Shown: one piece after another, positions 11,239-22,157 of the stretch | How positions within the stretch are numbered: position 1 is the stretch's first letter | Layout of the letters: every line of letters begins with the position of its first letter | Assembly: GCA_017499595.2 (NCBI GenBank) | Contig: CM039002.1 | Location: 992,001 to 1,056,000, forward strand | Length of the DNA stretch: 64,000 nucleotides | Source: Psilocybe cubensis | Taxonomy: Eukaryota | Reading direction: 5' to 3' | Notes under the pieces: model-generated | The model's input: only the letters and a program-made list of their open reading frames with translations | Databases searched by the model: none | Told to the model about the DNA's origin: nothing | Translations under genes and position numbers: made by a program

Positions 11239-13029
11239 TCGTACCCATTCAGATGTATACATAATTGCCTTAAAAAAGAAAACGAGTCATACCAGAGAAA
11301 CAAATTTTGGAAAGCGGATTCGCAGGGTAGTAGTGTAAAGGAATATGGTTAACTTGACCACAGGAAAATTTCTTTTGACTTCGAAAAAGTGATTAGTCAA
11401 AAATGGCTGGTAAGAGCCTACAGTAGATCCGCGCTATCGAAGTGTTATTTCAAGCGGAGAATAAAATCGGAGTACAAGAATTTCGTCTTCCGTTCCGAAC
11501 TTCCTTTCCCCAACTTTGTCCTGAATTTACATTGCACAAACGCTCTTCTATCAATCTTCTCTAGTATCCAACTCAACTTTGGGTTGCTTTCATGAATTCT
11601 GTGACCACTTCTAGTAACTCTGCGGTCTGCATTTTAACCAGGGACGTTGACATGATTATCCTAATGATTCGTGGCTAGAAAGGATCGTTCTTAACGTCAC
11701 GGTTACCGATTGAGTTGCTGCAAGAAATACTCAAATGCGCGAGATGGGACGATTTACTAAGACTTCGAAGGGTATAAACCATTTACATTTATATTTCTGA
11801 CTGTGTAACTTTCCTGATTTCGGGATGACAGACCTGTCGATACCTGGGAGAGATGACAAGGGCAAGGGAAGTTTGGAGACACCTTGTCGAGCAATACGTG
11901 GTGTCCAACGCCGTTCGTCCGAGATTGGAACGCCCAATTTCTTTGTACTCGTCTTTAGAGCTCGAGGCTCTCCTTCTCAGATGGATGAGCGCGCATCGTG
12001 CGTTGAACGCAAAGACGTTCCAAACTGCTCGAGAACGTGAGTTCAAAATCACAGATGCCCACCGTGTGCACCTTGGTGCGGGAGGGCGCTGGCTTTTCGT
12101 CGCAAGCTCAAAGGCAGGAATAACCTACTACGACCTCGACTCCGACTCATCGGAGTCACCATCTGGAGTGGAACTCATTCCAAATCAGATAGCGCATACT
12201 TGTCCTTCCTGGGTTCAGGTGACCATCGAAGATGACATGCAATCCCCCTTTGTCGGGTTTTCAGTGGCTTTCGCCCTCTCTAGCCATGAATATTCCACCG
12301 GCGCTACGGAAAATTGGCACCATTTTCAAATATGGCGCGTTGAGGCAGTTTTGGATGGCATGCAACGCGTTATAGGGTTGAAGGCTACGCAGATTGCTTC
12401 TTTCCCTCATATACACAGGATTGCTCCTCATTGTTCGATTTCGCTTCGTGGACCGCATCTCGCTTTCCATGTTATGGCCGCTCGCGAGTATTACGTGTGT
12501 GTGGTCGACTGGAGGCAGGCCAACAGCCTACCTTCGAAGTACCCATTTCGTGTAGCACAACGGGCATCGTTTCCATCAGTGAGCTTGATATACCACTCAG
12601 TATCAATAATGTCCGCTAATCCATTTTTCATTTAATATATAGGTATTCCTATCACTGTTGCCGCGGAATCAACTTCTGGCTGTTTCTGACTACTACTATC
12701 TTTGTGATTACTCGTCGAATCCAGAGTTTACTTGCATACCAGACCAAAACATACCACTCATTGCGCCCTATCTACGTCGTACGGAAACTCCATTGGTGAC
12801 CGTAGATCCCTCCAACTGGTTCCTGGACCGCACAGGGACAAAAGCCACTATCATTGTGTTTGGTGGTGAATATAGCTCCGATTGGACTCTATCTGCTTTA
12901 ACTTTCGACTGTACCTCCCCTTCAACTGGCGCTCTGGTCCCTAAAGCGGATCTTATGACAAACATCTACTCTGACGATCTGCACGCAACATATTTGGGCT
13001 CCAAATTTTCGGTTTTCATAGACGAAGAC

Positions 13030-13210
13030 TGTTGGAATGATAGTCGGCGAGCGACTTGGTCGCTAAGTCGTTATCTTCCTCTTGTAGTTTATCTTATCAT
13101 ATTTTTTCTAGATTATTCTACTATAGGTTCCGTAGTTACTGTAGGTACAACCGTGTAGCTACGTCGTGAATCTACATCTTTTACCACCACTGCGCATTAT
13201 ACTTACAACA
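13030..13210 (+). repeat. 5' LTR (181 bp)
   Basis: Starts TGTTGGAATG, ends TTACAACA; no differences from 17483-17663 found by eye. Confidence 0.97.
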
Positions 13211-13222
13211 GGTTATGGGCCC
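13211..13222 (+). other. Primer-binding site complementary to the anticodon arm of initiator tRNA-Met (half-tRNA type)
   Basis: GGTTATGGGCCC abuts the LTR's terminal CA. It lacks the TGG start of a 3'-CCA-primed PBS and matches the Drosophila copia/Ty5-type PBS. Confidence 0.85.
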
Positions 13223-13305
13223 CGAGAGGTCATAACTAAAGCTCGCTTTGTTCTAAACTCGTTCTATTCTTATCGATCTATATCTAAACTTGTACTCGAC
13301 GTCAA

Positions 13306-16300
13306 ATGGCTGACTCGACAACCGCGGAAGTCAACATCGGCGGATATCGCATCGACACACTGAAGGCCCACAATTGGATGCCGTGGAAGCGGCGCATGCT
13401 AGCAGTACTGGTGGACCTCGGACTGGAGAAATACGTGGACGGCACGTCGCTTCGACCAGGATCAGCGAAACCGAACGCACCCACGGCGGAAGAAATCGCA
13501 GCTCAGACAGCGTGGGATAAGGGAGATGCGAAAGCGCGATGCAGGATCGAACTCGCGTTAAGCGATGCGGAGATGGTACACGTCCTGGGAGCGCGCACGG
13601 CGCGCGAGATGTGGACGCAGTTGTGCACAGTGAAGGAATCCAAGGGACGACTCGGTGTTTTGGCGACACGACGAGCACTTTTCCGGGCAACCGCAGAGGA
13701 GGGATGCGACATGGCAGAGCATATCGCAAAGCTACGTCAATTCCAGGAGGAGCTGCACATCATGGGCAGCATTGTATCGGACGAAGATTTCGTCATGATT
13801 TTGCTCACCTCGTTGCCGGAATCTTGGGAGAATTATGCGTCATCCTTTTTGGGCTCGAGCGGGAATCGTCCTACGCTCACTTCGCAAGAGCTCGTTGGTG
13901 TTCTCCTTGAAGAAGCTCGTCGTCGGAAGGAGCGTGGAGGTGATGGTGCCGGAGGGACTACGCTTCAAGTTCGTGGAGGTCAAGGGTCGTCGGATGGAAA
14001 GGGTAATGGTTCGAGGGATGGCAGCGGCGGGAAGGAGTGCTATAATTGCCACAAGATGGGGCACATTTCGAAGGATTGCTGGGCGAAGGGCGGAGGTCGT
14101 GAAGGAAAGGGTCCGAGGGGGCGGAAGACGAAGAATAGAGGGCGGACGAATCAGGCTCGGGAGGACGTCAACACTACGCTCAACGATGAGGTTGCGTACC
14201 ACACGTACTCGACGTCAAACTTCTCTCGTTACGACTGGCTTTACGATTCTGCAACCACCAGTCACGTTTGTCCCGTCCGTGAAGCCTTCATCGAGTATAC
14301 GCCACTCGTTAATTCCTCCGTTCGTGGTGTCGGAAAGAGTCCAGCTATCATTGCAGGCCGCGGAACAGTCATCCTCAACTTCGATGTCGACGGGCAGACG
14401 ATTACTCATCGTTTGAAAGACGTTTTACACATCCCTGAAGCCGAAAATGCTTTGATGTCGCTCGGAAGGTTTGAGAGGGATGGGAGGAGCTCGTCGTTTA
14501 AGAATGGGAAGGTTCTTTTGATGGATGCGAAGGATAAGGTTATTGGAAAAGGGTCGAAACGCGGTCAGATGTATATTCTTCACGCTCGCGCTCAGCTTAA
14601 TTCAGGGGAACAGGTCAACTACGTCTCGCCAAAACTCACCTGGGATCAATGGCATCGTCGTTTTGGCCATATCTCAGTGTCGTCGTTGCAGAAACTCGTC
14701 CGGAACGATCTTGTCGTCGGTCTTTCCGTGGACGAAACGTCTATTCCATCCCCATCGTGCGAGGCGTGCATCCAAGCGAAGCAGACGCATAAACCTTTCC
14801 CTGGAGAAGCAGAAAATCGATCCACGGTTCCTGGAGAGCGAACCATGAGCGACGTATGGGGTCCTATCGGAACACGCTCGGTAAATGGATTTTATTACTA
14901 CATTACGTTTATGGACGACGCGAAGCGATACAACGGCGTGGTTTTCTTGAAGGACAAGAAGGAGGCGGCGAAGGCGATTGAGAATCATGGGGAGCGAGTG
15001 AAGAGGAGGTTTGGGCAGTATCCGAGGTACATTCGCATGGACAATGGCAAGGAACTCGTGAACGAGCGGATTAAGAAGTGGGCGGCGGAGAGAGGCATTG
15101 AAATCGAGACGACGGCGCCATATTCCCCATCTCAGAACGGCGTCGCAGAGCGCTACAATCGTACGCTGTTGGAGCTAGCACGTGCGATGATTATTGCGAA
15201 GAATTTACCTCTCTTTCTCTGGGACGAGGCGGTCAATTACGCGAATTATTTACGCAACCGCGCGCCTACTCGAGCACTCGACGACAAGACACCATATGAA
15301 GGCTGGCACAACAAGAAACCGGATGTTTCTCACCTTCGGGAGTTCGGATGCGATGTATGGGTGTTAGACGAGACGAAGGGGCTTTCGAAGCTCAAGCCAC
15401 GGTCGAAGAAGATGGTATTCGTTGGTTTTAACGAAGGCTCGAAGTCTGTGCGTTATTACGATCCCAAATCGCGCACAGTGAAGTCATCGCGAAACGTATC
15501 GTTTAACGAAAACGAAACGCCGCAGAACGTCGAAATTCCTGGATTATCGTCTGAGGGGGAGCGTAACGAATCGACAGACGTTAAATCCAGCGAAAACGAG
15601 CCAGAAACCGTCAAGAACGAACCTATTTCGTCTACAGCATCGATTCCACAGCCCAGCATACGTCGATCAGCTCGTGAACACAATTTTGTTGATTACAAGA
15701 AGGCAAACAACCCGAATGCTCGTTTACCGACTACACGATCCCAAACGACTCTAAACGCACCACAAATCGCTACAAAATCGACCGAGACCTCGAGCGCAAA
15801 GTCTACAGCAACGGAGCAAGCAAACATTGTCAAAGAACAGCTGTGGGGCGCGATTTTAGACGATTCGGAACGTGTCTTTGCCATGCGCGAATTGGACGTA
15901 CCTCGGACACTTGAAGAAGCTTTGGAAAGCTGTGAGGCAGCTGCGTGGAAGGCAGCTATGGACGAAGAAATTGAGACGCTTTTACGGATGGGTACTTGGG
16001 AGATGATGAAGATTCCGGATGGAAGGAAACTGGTTGGATGCCGTTGGGTCTACGCGAAGAAACGGGACGAAAACGGGAACGTCATCAAGTACAAGGCCCG
16101 ACTAGTCGTTCAGGGATGCTCTCAGAGACCTGGTACAGACTACAGCGAGGACGGAACATTCGCACCAGTCATGCGATTCGACACGCTACGCTCGCTACTC
16201 GCATATTCGGCCGTACACAATCTCAAGATGCGTCAATTCGATATAAAGGGTGCATATTTGCATGGTTACATCTCGGAGGAGATATATATGGTCCAACCAC

Positions 16301-17475
16301 CCGGTTATGACGATGGCACTGGTCAGGCATGCCGTCTCATTCGTTCGCTTTACGGTCTCAAGCAGGCAGGAAACGTATGGAACCATGAACTCGATAACGC
16401 TCTCACTTCATTCGGTTTTACGAAACTCAAGAGCGATTACTGCTGCTACATCCGTCGAGCTGAAAACGGCGATTTTACGATTTTGGTTACCTGGGTGGAC
16501 GACATAATCAGTTTCTCAACAAACGACTCGCTCAACGACCAGCTGGAGCGAGAATTAGGCTCGAAATTCGACGTTAAATCGATGGGTCAGCCCTCGATGA
16601 TGCTAGGATTCAAGCTCGAGCAAAAGGACCATTACATTTCGCTCTCGCAAGCACACTACATCGACAAACTCCTCGAGAAGTTTGGTTTACAAGACGCGAA
16701 CCCCGTTTCGACGCCTATGGACCCGAACGTGCGATTGGATAAGGATGAAGGTGTTCGGGAGGATGGAGACGGTCAGGGGGAGGTTAATTCGCGTTTAGGA
16801 TTCAGTTATGCAACGGTCATCGGCTCGCTCATGTATCTGGCACTCGGAACTCGTCCAGACATCGCGTTTGCGGTATACAAACTCGCGCAATTCACCAGCA
16901 AGCCGAAATCGACTCATTGGACCGCTGTCAAACGTATATTTCGTTATCTGAAGGGCACGCGCAATCACAAACTTACTTACGGCGGCGATTCGCAAGTTTT
17001 GGACGTAAATCTCAATGTTTATTGCGACGCCGATTGGGCTGAAAACTACGATCGGAAATCAACTAGCGGATACGTGGTTACGATAGCAGGCGGCGCTGTG
17101 GCATGGAGCTCGAAGAAACAGAATACGGTCGCACTTTCAACCGCTGAAGCCGAATACGTTTCCACAACGCATGCGGCGAAGCAAGTCTTATGGCACCGCT
17201 CACTCTTCACGGAGCTCGGTTTCCACATTCCATCAACGTCAACCATCTTTACCGACAATACGGCAGCCATTTCGATTGCGCATCATCCAGAATTCCATGC
17301 CCGTACGAAGCACATTGACATTGCATTTCATTTCCTACGCGACTTGGTGGAGAAGAAGACGCTCGACACGGTTTACATCAACACTTCAAACAATTTGGCA
17401 GACGTTTTCACAAAGGCTTTACCTCGCGTTGCACACGATGGTTTCACGTTGCAGTTGGGAGTTTTGGCCGACTAA
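13306..17475 (+). CDS. Copia Gag-Pol polyprotein (1389 aa)
   Basis: Zinc knuckle CYNCHKMGHISKDC; protease WLYDSATTSH; integrase HHCC (WHRRFGH..CEAC) and DDE core (SDVWGP, MDNGKE, QNGVAER); RT (KARLV, LYGLKQAG, WVDD); RNase H (CDADWA, TAEAEY, TDN). No stops or frameshifts. Confidence 0.97.
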   Translation: MADSTTAEVNIGGYRIDTLKAHNWMPWKRRMLAVLVDLGLEKYVDGTSLRPGSAKPNAPTAEEIAAQTAWDKGDAKARCRIELALSDAEMVHVLGARTAREMWTQLCTVKESKGRLGVLATRRALFRATAEEGCDMAEHIAKLRQFQEELHIMGSIVSDEDFVMILLTSLPESWENYASSFLGSSGNRPTLTSQELVGVLLEEARRRKERGGDGAGGTTLQVRGGQGSSDGKGNGSRDGSGGKECYNCHKMGHISKDCWAKGGGREGKGPRGRKTKNRGRTNQAREDVNTTLNDEVAYHTYSTSNFSRYDWLYDSATTSHVCPVREAFIEYTPLVNSSVRGVGKSPAIIAGRGTVILNFDVDGQTITHRLKDVLHIPEAENALMSLGRFERDGRSSSFKNGKVLLMDAKDKVIGKGSKRGQMYILHARAQLNSGEQVNYVSPKLTWDQWHRRFGHISVSSLQKLVRNDLVVGLSVDETSIPSPSCEACIQAKQTHKPFPGEAENRSTVPGERTMSDVWGPIGTRSVNGFYYYITFMDDAKRYNGVVFLKDKKEAAKAIENHGERVKRRFGQYPRYIRMDNGKELVNERIKKWAAERGIEIETTAPYSPSQNGVAERYNRTLLELARAMIIAKNLPLFLWDEAVNYANYLRNRAPTRALDDKTPYEGWHNKKPDVSHLREFGCDVWVLDETKGLSKLKPRSKKMVFVGFNEGSKSVRYYDPKSRTVKSSRNVSFNENETPQNVEIPGLSSEGERNESTDVKSSENEPETVKNEPISSTASIPQPSIRRSAREHNFVDYKKANNPNARLPTTRSQTTLNAPQIATKSTETSSAKSTATEQANIVKEQLWGAILDDSERVFAMRELDVPRTLEEALESCEAAAWKAAMDEEIETLLRMGTWEMMKIPDGRKLVGCRWVYAKKRDENGNVIKYKARLVVQGCSQRPGTDYSEDGTFAPVMRFDTLRSLLAYSAVHNLKMRQFDIKGAYLHGYISEEIYMVQPPGYDDGTGQACRLIRSLYGLKQAGNVWNHELDNALTSFGFTKLKSDYCCYIRRAENGDFTILVTWVDDIISFSTNDSLNDQLERELGSKFDVKSMGQPSMMLGFKLEQKDHYISLSQAHYIDKLLEKFGLQDANPVSTPMDPNVRLDKDEGVREDGDGQGEVNSRLGFSYATVIGSLMYLALGTRPDIAFAVYKLAQFTSKPKSTHWTAVKRIFRYLKGTRNHKLTYGGDSQVLDVNLNVYCDADWAENYDRKSTSGYVVTIAGGAVAWSSKKQNTVALSTAEAEYVSTTHAAKQVLWHRSLFTELGFHIPSTSTIFTDNTAAISIAHHPEFHARTKHIDIAFHFLRDLVEKKTLDTVYINTSNNLADVFTKALPRVAHDGFTLQLGVLAD

Positions 17476-17482
17476 GGGGGAG
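17474..17482 (+). other. Polypurine tract
   Basis: AAGGGGGAG directly 5' of the 3' LTR, overlapping the pol stop codon. Confidence 0.9.
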
Positions 17483-17663
17483 TGTTGGAATGATAGTCGG
17501 CGAGCGACTTGGTCGCTAAGTCGTTATCTTCCTCTTGTAGTTTATCTTATCATATTTTTTCTAGATTATTCTACTATAGGTTCCGTAGTTACTGTAGGTA
17601 CAACCGTGTAGCTACGTCGTGAATCTACATCTTTTACCACCACTGCGCATTATACTTACAACA
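17483..17663 (+). repeat. 3' LTR (181 bp)
   Basis: Direct repeat of 13030-13210, followed by the TSD AAGAC. Confidence 0.97.
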
Positions 17664-18320
17664 AAGACAACCAGATGACAATTGTTTCCTACCCGTCATT
17701 TGCGATGGAAGGGAACCATGATGTCACGCAGCGGCGTGGCGTTTTGAGTCACCCATGTCACCTAGTGTCTATTGAAAATATTTGCTGATGAAGATATTGG
17801 AAGAATTGTTTATTGGGCGAGCGACCCTGCTCTGGGAAAATGGAGAAAGTCGAATCTCACTGTTGTAGATTTTGCTAGAGAATCACTACCTTGAAGCAAA
17901 TTGGAGGCTGTATATTCAAATATGAAAGCTTTTTTAGCAGCTGCTTCAACTAGAGATTTACCTTGTTCATTACTGCGATCGTCTGTTTCGACATGTTCAG
18001 ATATAGTACTTTGATACTACTAATTATTTTAGCGCTTTTAATAGCGGCAAATTTGTTAGTAGATCGGAAATGACAGTCCTTTTACTCCAGCAAATTTAAA
18101 TATTAGACAAGATTTTCTGGTCAGCCGCAACAAACCTAAATTCTCATTCTCCCTTCGCTATACGTGAAGGTCCAAAGTTATCAAGGCTCGAATTGCGGTG
18201 CAATATTATTTGTAATACACAAATTGATCACTCGCCGAGCCAATCAGGGGCAACCCGTGCCTCACTTTACGCGGGATCGGATTGTGACTCGACGCCCATC
18301 CATCTTCCTCTATTACAACC

Positions 18321-19148
18321 ATGACCTCCTATCTTCGCAACTGGCTCTACAGCGGGACATCCTCTGCCGAGCCTGAAACCCCTCCGGTTCCCACTTTCCA
18401 GACATTTTCCCCTCCTGCTTCAGACGACGGAGAGGGCGAAGACACGGAAACGGAACAGCAAGATGACGACACCCCACCCGCATTTCCTAGTCTGAACAGC
18501 GCCCAGAGGGTGCAGTCTGCTAAGATGCCGGGTTTCTTGAGCGATTCAGAGCGTATGCCTCCCCCGCCGGTGCCCTCGCTCTCTGTACGGCGGCCCGGCG
18601 TTCCCAATCCACCCTCAAGTGGCTCATCGCTCCTGGTGCCCACTACAACCACAAAACCTCCACCGAAACCCTCTAAAAAGGCAGGTGGGAAGGTTGCGCT
18701 GTCTCCGGGACACAGCCCTCTAGATTGGGCGGCTCTGAAGTCCTCTGGGGCAGATCTAAGAGTACGCCCCTCTTTCTCCTTCATATGATTGCATTCTTTG
18801 TGGCTAACCGTTCTCTCGTACAGGGCGTTGACAGCTTGATGCGTATACCTCCTTCTGTTCTAAAGAAACATAACAAGCGTGATGATGCTTGGTCGGCGTT
18901 CAATGGAAAGGTTTACAATATGACTGCGTATCTACCATTTCATCCAGGCGGGGAAAGAGAGCTGATGCGTGTTGCTGGGAGGGACGGAACTCAACTTTTC
19001 GGTACGTGACTTCATCTTTATAAACGGTCTACTGGTTCTTATGTGTTCCTTTACCTCTGTAGCTTCCACCCATGCTTGGGTTAATGTTGATTTCATGCTA
19101 GACTCGTGTTTGGTTGGGTTCCTAGTTCCCGAACCGCCTTCCCCTTGA
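18321..19148 (+). CDS. Cytochrome b5-like heme-binding protein (Irc21-like; 3 exons)
   Basis: KVALSPGHSPLDWAAL...|GVDSLMRI...HNKRDDAWSAFNGKVYNMTAYLPFHPGG...AGRDGTQLF|ASTHAWVNVDFMLDSCLVGFL. HPGG and H-x-WVN heme ligands plus the GHSPLDW motif of Irc21-type b5 proteins. Stop 19146-19148. Confidence 0.88.
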
Positions 19149-19367
19149 GAAAAGGGGACTCATAGAAGCCAGGTTTGACATGTTATTAACCGAGAGCTGT
19201 ACTAATTCATTAGAGTAATGATACAATAGAATGCGAGCCAGGAAACCCCACACGGAGTTCAGTTGCAGATCCAATCTGATCAAGCAGTTGCAACCCAGCA
19301 TTGTAAACACGCGGTCTAAGCATGCACTCCTTTAATGTGGTGCTGTTGGTGGCAAGATAGGCACTGG

Positions 19368-22157
19368 TCAGTCATTCCTTTCTGATGCGCAAAGCGCAAA
19401 CAGGTTATCAGACATCCCAGACAATTGAATGAACTGGACTACGTTCTGTCCTTCTTGAACAAAATCTTCAATCTGGACAGGTGCATTATTTAGACCCTGA
19501 AAGTTTGATCAACGAAAAGGCCTCAAATTCTGGAATGTTGAATCACTAACAAGTCTATTGGGCAACCATGTCTTTGTGTTGGCAGTATCTGGATTTATTT
19601 TGACAATCAATTGCCCTTGATTTGGCCACTTTTGTTCGAGTCCGAAAATAGCACTAGCAATGGTTGCAGGTGTCTGATCTGTACCGAGTGTTTCTATTAC
19701 TCCTTGTACAAGTTGCTTGGAAAAGGAGCATATTTGTAATGACAGTCTCTTTCTTGGAACCTGAACAGAATGAAAGTCAGTAATAACAGCGTCCTCGTTA
19801 CTAGTTATCGAATCAGAAACTCTTATTTAATATTCAAAACGCCAGGGCGCATATAACATACTTTGTTTGGCCGATATTCCACTTCAGTGCCGTTTCTTGA
19901 TCAATTTGGAAATCGCAATTCAGGGTTCCCATGTTATCCAGGGCTAGCTTGACAAACCATAACCCAGGCACATTGTGGCATGGTAAAACCGGCCGAGGTG
20001 GCTGTGGTTCAGCGGTTTCTTGTTCTTCGATTATTTCCGGGACAGGGCTTGGAGATTTTTCCGGATCTCGAGTTGTTTGATTCATTTCTGTGCTTTCGGG
20101 TTGTGGAATTGGCTCATTCGAGAAGCGACTGTTCGATGACGGTGCTGCAGAGTGCATGGATGATACGGACATTGGCACAGAATGATCTCGAGTCTGTATT
20201 CTTTCATTCGAACGCGGTCTCATAGGCGATATTCTTGACGTTATGGAGCTTCTTCTGGGTGGCGGAGTACGAGGGCCTCCTCTTCCTAAGGGCGAGCGAG
20301 TTCTTGATGATAGGTATGATTCACTTCGGGGCGGCGAACGGGACGCTCTGCGTGGTGGTTGGGCTGACCTGGGATGCGGCCGGTATGGTGGAGGCGTGCG
20401 TGGTCGCGGTGAACGACCACGCGAGTATAGGTTGGGTTCTCGGGGTGGTGGTGTACGTGGGCCTCTTCTTACGGGTGAACGGGATCGGCTGCGTTGCCTA
20501 TATGAGCTTGGTGGCGGTGGTAAGCGATAGTAATCATCATCCCGAGAGAAGCGCCGTGTATGAGTGTATCCATCGCCTCTTCCCCTCCCCCTGCCTCTTG
20601 CCCGTCCCCTCCCGCCGTATGGGGCGTGATCGCGACTATCAGAACGTGATTTGTGCCCAGGACTTCGACGGTATCTTTGCTCATCGTATCGCGAGCGAGT
20701 ATTATCAAATTCGTGATCTGGAGGGTGTCTTTCTATAGTTTTATCTGGAATGGTTCGAGGCGGCGATCGCGATAATCTTCTTCCACCGTAACGTGAATCA
20801 GATGGGTGGCGCCGTTCATAATCTTGGTCTCTTGAATCTTGAGAATCAGGTGTATGCCGTTGAAAGGTCTCTTGGTGGTGATAAGGTGCGCTCCGCTGCG
20901 ACACTTTACGAGTTTCCTCCGTTTGAGAAGTTGTTGATGTTGCGGAGGGCATGCTAGGCGCGTACGGAGCAGAATTTACATGCTGGTTATATGCTTTTTG
21001 ATTGTAAGCATGCGCGGTGCCTGGTGAGTAAAGTGGTGCTTCCACGCGTTCCTGAGTGGATGTTGATGCGATAGTCGATCCATTTCTCGGGTCTACACGA
21101 GGAGGACTTCTCCGCGGAAGATCGCGATCTTGCATATCTTTGTGAACTTTGCGACCTAATTCAGAAAATGAAGCAGAAATCTCGTTAGTAAAAACTTTCG
21201 GATTAACGGTTTTTTGTTGCGGAGGGCCATTCTTCGAATCGTCATTGTTTGCGCGACAATCTGCGTTTTGCTGCACAACGGGCATCATGATAGTGCGAAT
21301 GGGGTCTGAAGAAAGAGGTGATTGATGCCCATCTTCTTGAGCACTATTTGAACCCCCAGATCTTTCGTGTGGCATAACGTTATTCATTTCGAGGTTATTG
21401 TTAAAATTGAATTTGGATGGTGATGTATGCGTATTGGAATAGTTAGGTCGCGGTGGCGCGTAGCCATTTTGCATGCGTTGAGCCAGCGTGAGTTGAGAAC
21501 TGTTTCTTTTTTGCTGAGAGCCAAAACCAGCGTTATTGCTAGAGGTTTGGTTGCGTGTCTCAGAGGCGGAGGTCAATGAAGCAATTCTAGGCTGATTTGG
21601 GTCCTAATGGCACATATATGCGCATCAATCAGACCTGATCAGAAAGAAAAGAAGGGAACACGCACTGAGGTCCCAACGTTTTTCAAGTTCTGTGACTTGT
21701 CTATGCTTCCAGAGGATATCACATCATCGTTATCTTGGTCTATATCCATCTCACCGCCGTCACGGATGTCATGAAACCCTCGCTCGGCATTGTCGTCATG
21801 TATTGCTACTCTGTCTATAAGCGGTTTGGACGCATTCTTCAGTTGCTCTGTCTCTGGACTTTGATGAATGAGCCCGGGGAGGATGGGTCCATCCATCAAT
21901 CTGTCTTGAAGACTAGGCCTGTCTGGAGAGGCAGAGTTGGAGAAAGAGAGAGGTGGGGGAGAAGAAATGAAGTATTGGTCGTCGTTGAAATTCCCTGAAC
22001 CTGAGTCGCTGTCCCCTTCGTTGGTGGTGTCGGAGGTGTCCCAGACAGCAGTCGCAGTCTTATTAGGGGTGTGGAGCCCTGGCCTCTTCCATGTTTTATT
22101 ACGAAAAAACGGCTGTTCCTCTTGTTTAGGACCTATTCGTGACTGTAAATCCGCCAT
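19368..22157 (-). CDS. Hypothetical protein: long disordered R/S/P-rich region plus a folded C-terminal domain
   Basis: ORFs 21639..22157 and 19834..21576 joined by a short intron. RSRSP/RTPPP repeats and an RG tract. Further exons encode ...WPNQGQLIVKINP...WLPNRL|...VQIEDFVQEGQNVVQFIQLSGMSDNLFALCASERND*. Confidence 0.7.

Larger units (their letters stand above)
13030..17663 (+). mobile_element. Full-length Ty1/copia LTR retrotransposon (4634 bp)
   Basis: Two 181-bp LTRs (TGTTG...CAACA), 5-bp TSD AAGAC (13025-13029 and 17664-17668), PBS directly after the 5' LTR, PPT directly before the 3' LTR, and a single gag-pol ORF in PR-IN-RT-RH (copia) order. Confidence 0.98.
11592..17894 (+). pseudogene. 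F-box protein gene disrupted by an LTR retrotransposon insertion at 13030-17663
   Basis: Spliced N-terminus MNSVTTSSNSA|KGSFLTSRLPIELLQEILKCARWDDLLRLRR|TCRYLGEMTRAREVWRHL is an F-box. The frame is open up to ...FIDED at 13029 and resumes at 17669 (NQMTIVSYP...). A DEDIGRIV...VVDFARESLP* ending lies at 17787-17894 in another frame. Confidence 0.8.

Noticed and set aside
16492..16503. RT active site WVDD instead of YVDD as an inactivating change
   Set aside because: Both catalytic aspartates are retained, and W at this position occurs in other fungal copia elements as I recall; not evidence of inactivation.
17171..17611. 146-aa ORF running into the 3' LTR as a possible env-like gene
   Set aside because: Alternative frame of RNase H plus LTR sequence; there is no space between the pol stop and the PPT for a separate env.
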